Assembly (NCBI GenBank): GCA_043810925.1
Contig: JBDRNT010000161.1
Location: 77,975 to 141,974, forward strand
Origin: Candidatus Eiseniibacteriota bacterium
GTDB taxonomy: Bacteria > Arandabacterota > Arandabacteria > Arandabacterales > Arandabacteraceae
Length of the DNA stretch: 64,000 bases
Direction of reading: 5' to 3'
A program made the position numbers and the translations under genes. The notes beneath the pieces are model-generated. The model did no database searches. It worked only from the letters and a program-made list of their open reading frames with translations, and was not told the origin of the DNA. Positions 37,017-47,170 of the stretch are shown in pieces; the first letter of the stretch is position 1, and each line of letters begins with the position of its first letter.

Positions 37017-39878
37017 TTAGTGTGCCGCTCCGACTTCTTCCCTGATTTCCCCGACTTCGATCTCGACTGCGTGGATGATGCTTTCGAGATCCATCTTGTC
37101 GACGACACGTAGGAATGCGTCGACAACCCTCGGGTCGAATTGGCTGCCTGAACAGCGTTCGATTTCCTCGATGGCTCCCGCCATGGTTCGCTTGCGCTTG
37201 TACCATCTGTCGTGGATCATGGCGTCAAAGGAATCAGCCACGCAGAGGATGCGTGCACCGATCGGAATGTCGTCTCCACTCAGAGCATGCGGATAACCGA
37301 GTCCATCGTATCGCTCGTGATGATACCGGATCATCTCCGCCACCTGCATCGATGAACCCGCGCACGAAGCGATCTCGGCACTTACATCGGGGTGGGTACG
37401 TTTGTATTCCTCTTCTTCGTACTCATCCAGCCTTGCCGGCTTTCGAAGGACCTGGTTCGGCCACGAGACCTTACCGAGATCGTGACGAATCGCGGCCTCC
37501 TCTATTCTCTCGACGAAAGGCTCGCGCTTGCCCATCTCCCGGGCTATGGCCACTCCGATCTCGACCACACTCGCTGAATGGCCGCCCGTGTAGCGATCCT
37601 TCTCATCGACGGCCTTCGCGATCGCCCTTATGAGGCTATCCTGAGCTCTGAGGAGTTCATGCCGCCTGAGAAGCGCAAGATGACGCCAGAGCGTCGGGAA
37701 GAGGAAGAGCGGCAGCGCCGACCACAGCCCAAGCAGATTGTTACCGACGAGTATGGCATAACCGCATACGGCATATGTGAGAGGTTCCGGGAAGACTTTG
37801 AGATAGTTGCGCTGCCAGAGACGTGCCGTAGAGATTCCATCACGCGAAAGAAGCGCTGACTGGACGATAGTCTCCATCGCGTAGAAGACCCCCGTCGCAA
37901 GGACAAACGGGATCAACTGGGCCGCCGTTGCCTCAAGACCGAGCGTATCGGAAGCGTGGGTTCCAAACCGGTACACCAGCCAGGCGCCGCAACCCGCCAG
38001 CATGAGCACAAAGCCGTAGGCCGATGCAGTGGAAAGCCGGGCCCCCAGGGCTTTGCTCTTGATGACGCTGGTTATCCCTCCATTGCTATGGTCCCCGCTG
38101 ACAATATAACCTGTGTCGGTATCTCCCCGGGCATGCTGACCGTTGCTACCATTGGCAGCTCCGTTAATCACTCCCACGGACGATGACAGGGCACGCTTGG
38201 GATCGAGCAGCATCGCCCAGCCTATCGCTGCAAATCCGAACATGACCGCATAGAGAGGGCCGCCGGCAAGCGACATCACGAGCACAACAGCAGACGAGGA
38301 CGAAACATATGCGCCCCACGGGAGCCTGACAGGCTTAAGCGCTGCTAGTCCGAGCAAGAGCATGAAGAACAGGCTCCCCGCGGGGCTGCATGTGATCCGA
38401 CTGGATACGAACCCGAGCGATCCGGATATACTCAGATTGGTGAAGACAAGTAGTACTACCGCAGCCATTGCTACCATGCACGATCCGAGCACCATCGACC
38501 GTCGGTGTTTTCGATCACGGGGCAGCACCAGAATGGGTTTGGTCTTGCCCTTATACAGACGTTGCTTGATATGCCGTCTGGATGGCGGGCCGAAACCCTT
38601 TGCGGCCTTGGCGGCAAGATCGTCCCTTCCCATCATCTCGAAGAGGAAGTAGACCACGGTTGCGTCAAGCGAATAGCCCTGGGCACGCGCGATCTCATCA
38701 AGGGCCTGGTCTTTCGAAAAGACCCGCCTGCGATGAGGGCGCTCGCTCGTCAGAGCAACATAAGCCTCCGCGACTTTGATAATTGCGGCCTCAAGCGGGA
38801 TGTCATCGCCTTTGATACCCCTGGGATAACCGGTCCCGTCGGGGCTCTCATGATGGCAACGTACGATGCCCGCGACCGGGCCCATTCCCACGACTTCTCT
38901 CAGAATCCGCATGCCGCTCTCGGGGTGCTCCTTTATCTCGTTCATCTCGTCTTCATTGAGCAAGGAACGCTTGAGCACCGTATCCCTGTCCACGGCGATA
39001 TAGCCTACATTGTGGAGCATTGCGGCCTGCTCAAGCAGTTCGAAACTCCGGTAGGGCAGCCTCATCTTATGTGCAAGGGCGACGGAGAGCTCCACCACGC
39101 GCCGCGTTTCACCTTTGAGATGAGGCATGTTGCCGTCCCGGGCGAGACGCAGTGCATCCACGAGGTGAACCACGGATGATTTGATGCGCACGTGATCACG
39201 CACCGTCAGGATGCCGATCAGGCCGATCCCGACCAATATGCCAATGAGGAGAAATCCACCCTCAAGAAAGAACAGAGCAAGCAGGTACGCCCCGAGCGGC
39301 GTGCTCCAGGACACCAGCGCCCCCCACCCGAAATTCGCGCGCCACACTTCGAAGGGATTCCGGCCATCGCGCAACCAGATCGCTGTGGAGAGCACGACGG
39401 TAGTTGTCGAAAAATACGCTGCATGAGCAGCTATAAGTCTCAGGAAGACCCCACGGTCCATTCCGGCACTGATAGCCCCCGTTTCAAGACTTGGGCCCCA
39501 AAGTATGTACCCCGCAGCAAGTAGGCAAAAAGCATGTTTCGCCGAATTGACGAGTACACGCTGGACATCCGCTCCAGGGCTTCGAGTGCGAGATGAGAGA
39601 GTGGCTATAATCCCGATTAGCCAGCTCGCAATGACAGAAGCACCCGTTCCGTACAGGACCAGCATCGTGATTAGCGGCAACGGACTGATATTCAGCGCAC
39701 CGACGCCTGCCATTCCCCTAACTGGGAGAACTATGACCACGACAGCAAGAGCAAGCCAGAGAATGGCGCTGGGGGAATCACGGAATGTGCTGAGTGCACT
39801 TGGTAAGATGGGGATGACGACTGCGGTAGCGGCAAACCCCAAGACCAATGCGAATATCCAAAACTTCTTGTTGGTCAA
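37017..39878 (-). CDS. Tandem (membrane sensor plus HD-GYP) x2 cyclic-dinucleotide phosphodiesterase
   Basis: TM block, degenerate HD-GYP (LHNVG...HHESPDGTGYP...VAEAY), TM block, intact HD-GYP (GHS...RHDLGK...HHERYDGLGYP...VADSFDAM). TTG start after GGAGGAG. Confidence 0.9.
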   Translation of the reverse strand: MTNKKFWIFALVLGFAATAVVIPILPSALSTFRDSPSAILWLALAVVVIVLPVRGMAGVGALNISPLPLITMLVLYGTGASVIASWLIGIIATLSSRTRSPGADVQRVLVNSAKHAFCLLAAGYILWGPSLETGAISAGMDRGVFLRLIAAHAAYFSTTTVVLSTAIWLRDGRNPFEVWRANFGWGALVSWSTPLGAYLLALFFLEGGFLLIGILVGIGLIGILTVRDHVRIKSSVVHLVDALRLARDGNMPHLKGETRRVVELSVALAHKMRLPYRSFELLEQAAMLHNVGYIAVDRDTVLKRSLLNEDEMNEIKEHPESGMRILREVVGMGPVAGIVRCHHESPDGTGYPRGIKGDDIPLEAAIIKVAEAYVALTSERPHRRRVFSKDQALDEIARAQGYSLDATVVYFLFEMMGRDDLAAKAAKGFGPPSRRHIKQRLYKGKTKPILVLPRDRKHRRSMVLGSCMVAMAAVVLLVFTNLSISGSLGFVSSRITCSPAGSLFFMLLLGLAALKPVRLPWGAYVSSSSAVVLVMSLAGGPLYAVMFGFAAIGWAMLLDPKRALSSSVGVINGAANGSNGQHARGDTDTGYIVSGDHSNGGITSVIKSKALGARLSTASAYGFVLMLAGCGAWLVYRFGTHASDTLGLEATAAQLIPFVLATGVFYAMETIVQSALLSRDGISTARLWQRNYLKVFPEPLTYAVCGYAILVGNNLLGLWSALPLFLFPTLWRHLALLRRHELLRAQDSLIRAIAKAVDEKDRYTGGHSASVVEIGVAIAREMGKREPFVERIEEAAIRHDLGKVSWPNQVLRKPARLDEYEEEEYKRTHPDVSAEIASCAGSSMQVAEMIRYHHERYDGLGYPHALSGDDIPIGARILCVADSFDAMIHDRWYKRKRTMAGAIEEIERCSGSQFDPRVVDAFLRVVDKMDLESIIHAVEIEVGEIREEVGAAH

Positions 39879-39924
39879 CCAGACTCCTCCTCGGACTATG
39901 CACAACTTGCCGGTGAAAGGATAC

Positions 39925-39939
39925 GCAAGCTATGTGCCA
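39925..39939 (-). promoter_or_regulatory. sigma54 -24/-12 promoter of the HD-GYP cluster
   Basis: TGGCAC-ATAGC-TTGC, an exact consensus match. Confidence 0.72.
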
Positions 39940-40060
39940 GGATGCGGTATTCAGCTCGGGTTAACTGCTTGCCCGCAAAGGGATTGCCGACTGCAAATCG
40001 GGGGACAAACGAAGAACGGGCCTCAGCCCGTTGCAAAATGCGAAAACCGTTGCAAATAGC

Positions 40061-40080
40061 AAAAAGGCGCTAGAGCGCCT
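40061..40080 (-). terminator. Intrinsic terminator after the micro-ORF
   Basis: AGGCGC-UCUA-GCGCCU followed by UUUU on the minus strand. Confidence 0.6.
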
Positions 40081-40117
40081 CCTTGCAGAACAGTTCTTAC
40101 TTCTGGGCTACCCTAGA

Positions 40118-40177
40118 CTAGAGTTCACCATCCCAGAAGCCCAGCCAAACGATAATCCAACTGATAAATCCTAACAT
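40118..40177 (-). CDS. 19-aa hydrophobic Trp-rich micro-peptide MLGFISWIIVWLGFWDGEL
   Basis: AAGGAGG RBS 8 nt upstream, consensus promoter, and a downstream terminator. Too short for the ORF track. Confidence 0.72.
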   Translation of the reverse strand: MLGFISWIIVWLGFWDGEL

Positions 40178-40216
40178 CTTCGGATCCTCCTTACTGTACT
40201 TCTTGCGCGCAACAGT

Positions 40217-40245
40217 AGTGTATCAACTTCCTTGGTTTATGTCAA
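40217..40245 (-). promoter_or_regulatory. sigma70 promoter of the micro-peptide gene
   Basis: TTGACA-N17-TACACT with extended TG. Confidence 0.75.
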
Positions 40246-40475
40246 GCTCTTTTTTGCGCTTATTAACACGCCGGCCGGGCGACCTCGGAGGATGTTATGA
40301 TATTAGTAACTACGTGCAGTTAAACACGTTAAGCGGATATGCCGACAGGTTGCCCCTCGGCAGTGTGGTGAAAATCGCTGTCCCGGGTTGGCCGGAACCG
40401 CTGGCAGTAGTCAAGAACTCACACTGATTCGGCCACGACTGGAAACTTAGTCTTGGGAGGGGCCGGCTGCTGATC

Positions 40476-43400
40476 TCAGTTCAACCAGTCGCGACAGAGG
40501 AGCTCGGCTTGCTCCAGAACCGTATGCGTCGCCTTCTCCTGTTTGTCGGGCGGATAGCCGTACTTGCGTAGGACTCGCTTCACCATGATCCTCAGTTTCG
40601 CGCGGCTGCTCTCCTTGAGTGTCCAATCTATGGAGACATTCTTCCGGACAGTCTCTACAAGCTCCCGGGCAATCGTCAGCAGTACTTTATCACCCAGCAC
40701 CTTAACGGCACTATCATTCGTCTCAAGGGCGTCATAAAACGCTATCTCTTCATCCGTTAGACCTAGATCCTCACCCCGGCGGCTTGCCTCCCGCATCTCT
40801 TTCGCAAGAGCGATCAACTGCTCAATGACCTGGGATGTCTCAATTGCACGGTTCTGGTACGCGCGAATCGAACGCTCCAGCATCTCCGCAAATGACCGTG
40901 ACTGTACAAGATTCTTGCGTGCGCGCGTCTTGATCTCATTATTGAGTAGCTTCCGCAGGAGTTCGATCGCCAGGTTCTTCTGCGGAAGGCTTCGAACATC
41001 AGCGAGGAATTCCTCCGACAAGATCGAGATGTCCGGTTTCTTCAGCCCCGCCTCTGCAAAGATGTCGACCACCTGGTCAGATGCTATTGCCTTGGATACA
41101 AGCTGGCGGACTGCCTGTTCAAGGATCTCTTCCGGTTTCTGTGTCACCGTAGCCGCTTTCGCCAGGGCGGCACGAACAGTCTGGAAAAAGGCCACGTCAT
41201 CACGTATCTTCGCAGTTTTCTCATGCGGAACAGATAGGGCGAAGGCCTGAGAAAGCTCGGTCACGAACTTAAGGCACCTGTCCTTGCCCCCCTCCTGAGC
41301 AAGGATATGCTCCTGTGCTGCCGGGAGCAGCGTCAGCCGCTCCACAGGAGTTCCCATCTTCCAGAGCGACCAGTCGAAGCCATGGAAGAGATCACAGCAT
41401 ATCTCGTATTTCTCAAGCATGACGGCCACCGCCTCCGCCTGGTCGATCGCGGTGCTGCCCCTGCCCCCGCTCTCGGTATAATGGGCGAGGGCCTGCCTGA
41501 GGTTGTCTGCAAGTCCCAGGTAGTCCACGACCAGCCCACCGGGTTTATCAAGGAAGACCCGATTCACCCTTGCGATCGCCTGCATCAGGCCATGTCTTCG
41601 CATGGGCTTATCGACATACATTGTGTGGAGACAGGGAGCATTGAATCCCGTGAGCCACATGTCACGGACAATCACGATCTTCATGGAATCGTCCGGATCT
41701 CTGAATCGATCGGCCAGCTTCTCCCGGCGCGCCTTGTTTCGAATATGCTGCTGCCACTCAAGCGGGTCCGAGGCGGAACCAGTCATCACTACTTTAATAG
41801 CCCCCTGTGTATCATCTTCAGTGTGCCAGGCGGGCCGCAGCCTCACGATCGCATCGTAGAGATCAACACATATACGGCGGCTCATGCAAACCACCATTGC
41901 CTTCCCATCCATGACCTCAAGCCGCCCCTCGAAGTGATCGATAAGGTCCTGTGCAATGAGCCTGATTCGTTTCTCGGTGCCTACCACTGCTTCCAGTGCA
42001 GCCCACTTCGTCTTGAGCCTCTCCCTGCGTTCAACCTCTTCCCCCTCGGTTATCTCCTCGAATTCCTCATCGAGATGGGGCTTTTCGGTTTCCTTGAGTT
42101 CAAGCTTCGCAAGCCGACTTTCGTAGTAGATGGGCACAGTGGCGCCATCCTCAACAGCCCGTTGTATATCATAGATGTTGATGTAATCACCGAAGACGGC
42201 TCTGGTGTTCTTATCTCTAAGCTCTATTGGAGTCCCCGTAAACCCAATGAACGAGGCATTCGGAAGAGCATCGCGCATGTGTCGGGCGAACCCGTCGATG
42301 AAGTCGTACTGGCTCCGATGGGCCTCGTCGGCGATGACTACTATGTTGCTCCGATCCGAGAGCCTGGGGAAAGCATCACGCCTTTGCTCAGGGAGAAACT
42401 TCTGGATGGTCGTAAACACGACTCCTCCCGAGGCTACCTTGAGAAGTTCACGAAGTTCGGCACGATCAGCAGCCTGGACGGGCTTCTGACGTAAGATTTC
42501 ATGGCAGCCACAGAAGGTGTCGAACAACTGGTCGTCGAGATCGTTGCGATCGGTTATTACTACTACTGTTGGATTCTCCATCGCCGGGTGGAGGATAATC
42601 CGCCCGGCATAGAAAGCCATCGTGAGGCTCTTACCCGATCCCTGAGTGTGCCAGATGACACCTGCCCGCCTGTCGGCAACCCGATAGGCAGCCCGTGCCT
42701 CAGCCGCAATGATGGCTTCGTCCCGTTGCCCGTGTAGCGATACTGACCCAGCCACGCCTTCCGAGACTCCGCAGGCTCGAAGTGTGGATTCGACCGCCAG
42801 GTTGACCGCATGGAATTGATGGTAACCGGCTGTCTTCTTGACGGGCAGCCCCCCGGCTTCTTCTTCAAACACAATGAAGTACCTGAAAAGATCAAGCAGG
42901 CGCTGCTTGTTGAACATCCCCTTGATGAGCACTTCAAGCCGCGGCATAGAGACCGGAGCCACATCTTCCCCCTCGATTGTCCGCCAGGGGAGATACCACT
43001 CCCTGTTCGCCGTAAGCGAACCGAAACGAGCCTCGAGGCCATCCGAGACGACGAGCACTTCGTTAAAGCCGAAGAGTGAGGGGATCTCCTGCTTATATGT
43101 CTGAAGCTGTTTGAGTGCAGTCCAGATAGTGGCGTTCTCATCAGCTGGGTTTTTAAGTTCAATGGTTACAATAGGAAACCCGTTGAGGAAGAGCACGATG
43201 TCCGGGCGCCGGTTGTGCCGGTCTTCGATAACCGTAAATTGGTTGACGGCCAGCCAGTCGTTGTTGTTGGCATCCTCAAAGTCTACGAGCGTCGCCTTGT
43301 CGTGGACGATCCGGCCATCGGATCGATACTCCACATCGATACTGTTTACGAGCATTCTGTGAAAGGTGCGGTTGTTCTGGATGAGTGAGGCTGACTCCGC

Positions 43401-43628
43401 GCGTGTGACCTTGCGAAAGGCCTCATCAAGTGCCGCTGCCGGGATCTCTGGGTTCAGGCGAGCAAGCGCATCCTTAAGCCTAGTGGGAAGAAACGGCTCC
43501 TCGTAGCTCTCCCGCTCGGCCAGAAGCTCCCCTGGGGCAATCTCCGGACCATGAAGGATGGAGTATCCCAGGCTTTCAAGCCATGAGAGGGCCGCCTCCT
43601 CAACCGTTGATTCCCATAGATGGCTCAC
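40476..43628 (-). CDS. hsdR: Type I restriction endonuclease subunit R
   Basis: RRPDIVLF...IELKN nuclease; [38 protein letters not shown]. Confidence 0.96.
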   Translation of the reverse strand: MSHLWESTVEEAALSWLESLGYSILHGPEIAPGELLAERESYEEPFLPTRLKDALARLNPEIPAAALDEAFRKVTRAESASLIQNNRTFHRMLVNSIDVEYRSDGRIVHDKATLVDFEDANNNDWLAVNQFTVIEDRHNRRPDIVLFLNGFPIVTIELKNPADENATIWTALKQLQTYKQEIPSLFGFNEVLVVSDGLEARFGSLTANREWYLPWRTIEGEDVAPVSMPRLEVLIKGMFNKQRLLDLFRYFIVFEEEAGGLPVKKTAGYHQFHAVNLAVESTLRACGVSEGVAGSVSLHGQRDEAIIAAEARAAYRVADRRAGVIWHTQGSGKSLTMAFYAGRIILHPAMENPTVVVITDRNDLDDQLFDTFCGCHEILRQKPVQAADRAELRELLKVASGGVVFTTIQKFLPEQRRDAFPRLSDRSNIVVIADEAHRSQYDFIDGFARHMRDALPNASFIGFTGTPIELRDKNTRAVFGDYINIYDIQRAVEDGATVPIYYESRLAKLELKETEKPHLDEEFEEITEGEEVERRERLKTKWAALEAVVGTEKRIRLIAQDLIDHFEGRLEVMDGKAMVVCMSRRICVDLYDAIVRLRPAWHTEDDTQGAIKVVMTGSASDPLEWQQHIRNKARREKLADRFRDPDDSMKIVIVRDMWLTGFNAPCLHTMYVDKPMRRHGLMQAIARVNRVFLDKPGGLVVDYLGLADNLRQALAHYTESGGRGSTAIDQAEAVAVMLEKYEICCDLFHGFDWSLWKMGTPVERLTLLPAAQEHILAQEGGKDRCLKFVTELSQAFALSVPHEKTAKIRDDVAFFQTVRAALAKAATVTQKPEEILEQAVRQLVSKAIASDQVVDIFAEAGLKKPDISILSEEFLADVRSLPQKNLAIELLRKLLNNEIKTRARKNLVQSRSFAEMLERSIRAYQNRAIETSQVIEQLIALAKEMREASRRGEDLGLTDEEIAFYDALETNDSAVKVLGDKVLLTIARELVETVRKNVSIDWTLKESSRAKLRIMVKRVLRKYGYPPDKQEKATHTVLEQAELLCRDWLN

Positions 43629-44335
43629 GGAGTGACCCCAACGTAAATGGTATGTATCCGAAATTTCTTCTTCTTGGCGCTGTCAAGCCCAAGCACGCTG
43701 TCTTGCATCTCCAACGCCTCTTTCCAACCGTCTCGTTCCTTGGGACAGTCTGCATGCGGGTTCGTGTCGCCGCAGAAATATATGTAGAGAAGACACGCTG
43801 GGACTCCCTGGTATTCTAGGAAATGCAGCACCGCAAGGCGATTTGCGTATTGATAGTACTCCTTCAGCCAGTCGCGTGGCACCTCGATGCCTACTGCCTG
43901 CTGTGTTTGGTGGAGGGCCTTCTCAATAGTCTCAAGTGAGCGAGGAGATTCAGCGCTGCAGCGACTCTTGAGCTCTCCTATATGAGCCTTTGCCTCCACC
44001 AGAAGCCAACGATCGACGCTATCACTTCGAATGCGGCCGACTGCATCCCAGTTGGGAGCGTTGCCGGTCTGGGGCCAGAAGGACTTCCATGCTGTGAAAA
44101 CATCAGCGCATCGCTCCTGGCTCAGAAAATCTATGCCGGTGATCTCCTTATCAGGCAGCTTTATCTTAGTGGCATCTGCCGGATCGTACTTGCCGCTGTG
44201 TTTGAAATCCTTCCATTCGATTACCTGCCCACCAGTCTCTTGTTCGATCATCGTGTTCAGTTCGTTGCGGTAGCGTCCCATCCACCGCATCAGGTGAAAC
44301 TCACTCCCATATCCGGCCCCAATGTGCGTGCTCAT
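43625..44335 (-). CDS. Hypothetical protein, probable PD-(D/E)XK-fold nuclease
   Basis: PNWDAVG...[10 protein letters not shown]...YYQYANRLA; inserted between hsdS and hsdR. Confidence 0.65.
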   Translation of the reverse strand: MSTHIGAGYGSEFHLMRWMGRYRNELNTMIEQETGGQVIEWKDFKHSGKYDPADATKIKLPDKEITGIDFLSQERCADVFTAWKSFWPQTGNAPNWDAVGRIRSDSVDRWLLVEAKAHIGELKSRCSAESPRSLETIEKALHQTQQAVGIEVPRDWLKEYYQYANRLAVLHFLEYQGVPACLLYIYFCGDTNPHADCPKERDGWKEALEMQDSVLGLDSAKKKKFRIHTIYVGVTP

Positions 44336-44339
44336 AGAA

Positions 44340-45554
44340 TCACCCAACCTCCTTCATAATCTTCTTCGCTCGATCAACCCGAATCTCGCCGGAAATCAAC
44401 TTCGGTAACAGCGCATCCCTCACGGATCCCAACCGCCTGGATTCGTGAGCGGTGGCGATTATCCTAGCCATCAACGGATACACGAGCTGGCTGAACGCTT
44501 CTGCCAGTGCTCGCGGCGGGATGGCGATCCGATAGCGTCTCATGTCCTGCCACTTCGTGCGCGGCATCTTGGTTCCCGTTGAACACATAGCGGTGTAATT
44601 CACGAAAGCGTCACTCGACACTATTCCAAGCACGAATCCACGCCACTGGTTTGCCTTCGGTACGATCACAAGAATATCAGTTGAGCAAATACCGTCAATC
44701 GCTGCGATCCCGACCTTGTGGAAATAGGGACGGAGTTTCCCGAAAAGAACCTCCCCCCTCCTGAACAGAAATTTGCCGCTCGCGAGCTCTTCCGCGCATC
44801 CCCACTCGGACAGAGCCCAAGCCCGACGCGGCATGTGTTCCAGACCGATATATGGCGTTTTCTCATGAAGATCATCGGGGCGGACCGTCCGTCGTAGATT
44901 AGCCCCAATGTCGTCAAGCACACCGGCAACCCAGCCGCGCGGAATCTTCCCGAGCCCCGAGTCTTGGAAGGAATCCGGAAACAGATCGGCGATGTGTTTT
45001 GGAAGGCCGGGATCGCGGCCTTCGGCTTTGGCGCGTACAGGATCGAAGTCCACAAACCACGATTTGAAGATCGCCCGCGCCATCGCCTCAAGCGTTTCGT
45101 TCATTCGCCGGTTAAGCTCAATCTTATCATCCAGGCTTCCCAGTATGCGCGTGATAGCGCGCTGCTCCTTCAGAGGTGGAATCGGCGCGGGGATCATGCT
45201 GAGCGTTGATTGATTAAGAAGCGGTTGGCCAGAACCTCCTCTCCATTGATTAAGTTGGAGAGTCCAAAGAAGATAAAAGAGGTAGCGGGGTGAGTTATCG
45301 TTTAATGCTACTGCACGAATTGCATTGTCAGTTACCCAACATGTTGGATGGCTAAAATGGAGCGACCCACAGTAGCTACCTACGCGACCGATGACAATTG
45401 TGTCCGGACCGGAGTTGGCCTCCCCTGCATAGCCTATGATGCCGTTCGAACCGTAGACAGGGTATGGCAACCCATCGGCGCGTTCTGGGTTGGATCTGCC
45501 ATTAGAAAACGATAAGACCTCCCCAAGTGTTTTTTCTGTCCACTCACCCGCCAT
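44340..45554 (-). CDS. hsdS: Type I RM specificity subunit
   Basis: Two TRDs separated by PPLKEQRAI...LDDKIELNRRMNETLEAMARAIFKSWFVDF; ends RDALLPKLISGEIRV. Confidence 0.95.
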   Translation of the reverse strand: MAGEWTEKTLGEVLSFSNGRSNPERADGLPYPVYGSNGIIGYAGEANSGPDTIVIGRVGSYCGSLHFSHPTCWVTDNAIRAVALNDNSPRYLFYLLWTLQLNQWRGGSGQPLLNQSTLSMIPAPIPPLKEQRAITRILGSLDDKIELNRRMNETLEAMARAIFKSWFVDFDPVRAKAEGRDPGLPKHIADLFPDSFQDSGLGKIPRGWVAGVLDDIGANLRRTVRPDDLHEKTPYIGLEHMPRRAWALSEWGCAEELASGKFLFRRGEVLFGKLRPYFHKVGIAAIDGICSTDILVIVPKANQWRGFVLGIVSSDAFVNYTAMCSTGTKMPRTKWQDMRRYRIAIPPRALAEAFSQLVYPLMARIIATAHESRRLGSVRDALLPKLISGEIRVDRAKKIMKEVG

Positions 45555-45723
45555 AGCCGATGTCCTCCAGGTTTGCCCAGACGATCTCGTCCCGATACAG
45601 CCACTTGGCAGGGACCCGGGTATCACTTCTACAACTGGCCGCAGCCAAACTCCTTCAGCTTGGCCCAGACAGCCCTACGATGCAAGTTCCTCCTCGGCCA
45701 TCCCTTTATCAGCGTGCGCGGTA

Positions 45724-46926
45724 TCACTTCTTATCCCTTTTCATATCAACGTTGCCCAGTTCCGCCTCCAGTTCCTCGATCGTAGGTAGGCTTCCCTTGA
45801 ATTTCTTGGGTAGCGATTTCACGATCTTTGTCTTCCACTCAGCAACACCAATGGGCTTCTTCATGTCGCGCAACGCGTATTCGACCTGGAGCTTGTTCTT
45901 CGATCTGCACAGGATCAGGCCTATCGACGGCATGTCATCCAGGTGCCGCAACTGATCGTCCACTGCCGATAAGTAGAAGTTCATCTTGCCTGCGTACTCT
46001 GGAATGAACGGTCCCATCTTGAGATCGATGACGACGAAGCAGCGTAGATTAAGATGGTAGAAGAGCAGATCGATATAGAAATCGTCCTCACCGACTTCCA
46101 AGTGTACCTGCCGCCCGGCAAACGCAAAACCGATGCCAAGCTCCAATAGGAAGCGCTGTATGTGATCCAAGAGACCCAGTTCAAGTTCCCGCTCTCGTGC
46201 TGCAGCATCCAGCGTCAGGAAGCCGAAGATATAGGGGTCCTTGAGTACCTGCGAAGCCAGGTCAGACTGGGGAGCAGGCAGTGTAGACTCGAAGTTCGTC
46301 AAGGCTTTGCCGTGCCTCCGGTAGAGGTCAGTTTCGATCTGGATACCGAGTACGCTGCGCGACCAGCCATGTTCGATGGTCTTTTGCGCATACCACATCC
46401 GCGCTTCGGGCTCTTTGACACGCTCTACGAGGTCCGTATTGTGACGCCAGGGAATCTGGCCGAGCAGATCGAGCAGAACCAGTTTGCGGGATTGTCCCCC
46501 GGCGTGGGGGACAACTAGATCGGCCGTCTCTCCGACAGTGGGTGGGATAGTCCTCCCGGGTATTTGTCCCCCAGCCTGGGGGACGATTTGGTCAGCGTCT
46601 GGATATGCAAGGTGGAACGAGCGCATGCGATAGATGTTGGTTCGGGAGAAGCCGGAGAGCTCAGGGAACTCCGTCTGGAGATCACCGGCCAATCGGTCTA
46701 TTACCTTGGAACCCCAAGCCTCTGTTTGTTGGCGCTTAACGATCGCCCTTCCAATGTCCCAGTACATCCAGATGAGTTCGCGGTTGGCGGACAGCGCGGC
46801 CTTCACTTGCACAGTACGGATTTTCTCCTTCAGCCGGGCTAGAAATTCTGGATATGTCCGCGGTATAGGTAGATCCTTGGGCGTAATAGTTCCTTTCTCA
46901 GGTCTTGACCGTTTGCTAGAGCTCAT
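45724..46926 (-). CDS. yhcG: YhcG/DUF1016 PD-(D/E)XK nuclease-domain protein
   Basis: YWDIGRAI, GFSRTN, GWSRSVL, KDPYIFGFL, LELGIGFAF, IDLLFYH, VIDLK, GKMNFYLSAVD. Confidence 0.92.
   Translation of the reverse strand: MSSSKRSRPEKGTITPKDLPIPRTYPEFLARLKEKIRTVQVKAALSANRELIWMYWDIGRAIVKRQQTEAWGSKVIDRLAGDLQTEFPELSGFSRTNIYRMRSFHLAYPDADQIVPQAGGQIPGRTIPPTVGETADLVVPHAGGQSRKLVLLDLLGQIPWRHNTDLVERVKEPEARMWYAQKTIEHGWSRSVLGIQIETDLYRRHGKALTNFESTLPAPQSDLASQVLKDPYIFGFLTLDAAARERELELGLLDHIQRFLLELGIGFAFAGRQVHLEVGEDDFYIDLLFYHLNLRCFVVIDLKMGPFIPEYAGKMNFYLSAVDDQLRHLDDMPSIGLILCRSKNKLQVEYALRDMKKPIGVAEWKTKIVKSLPKKFKGSLPTIEELEAELGNVDMKRDKK
46492..46586. repeat. Three 23-bp palindromes at 36-bp period inside yhcG
   Basis: TTGTCCCCC-N5-GGGGGACAA; CTCTCCGAC-N5-GTGGGATAG; TTGTCCCCC-N5-GGGGGACGA. 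Confidence 0.75.
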
Positions 46927-47170
46927 GATCCACCTCCTCGCCATCGTACCCTTCCCATGCACTTGATGCTCCAGATCGGAATCTCAAGCCGCTGCCCCAC
47001 AATAAAATGTCCCACAGTCTGTGGGACATTCTCCCAGCCCGATTCGCCAACAGGCCCATAGATACTCCCCACCCAGTCCAACAGGCAGTCGGAGTCTCAA
47101 TCTACCCTCTAATTGTGCACGCAGTGGGTGCACTTTCCGCTCTGGGCAATCCCCGCACACCGGCTTCTCC

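Noticed and set aside
46492-47135. CRISPR array
   Set aside because: The units are not identical direct repeats, the intervening sequences are too short, some lie inside a CDS, and there are no cas genes.
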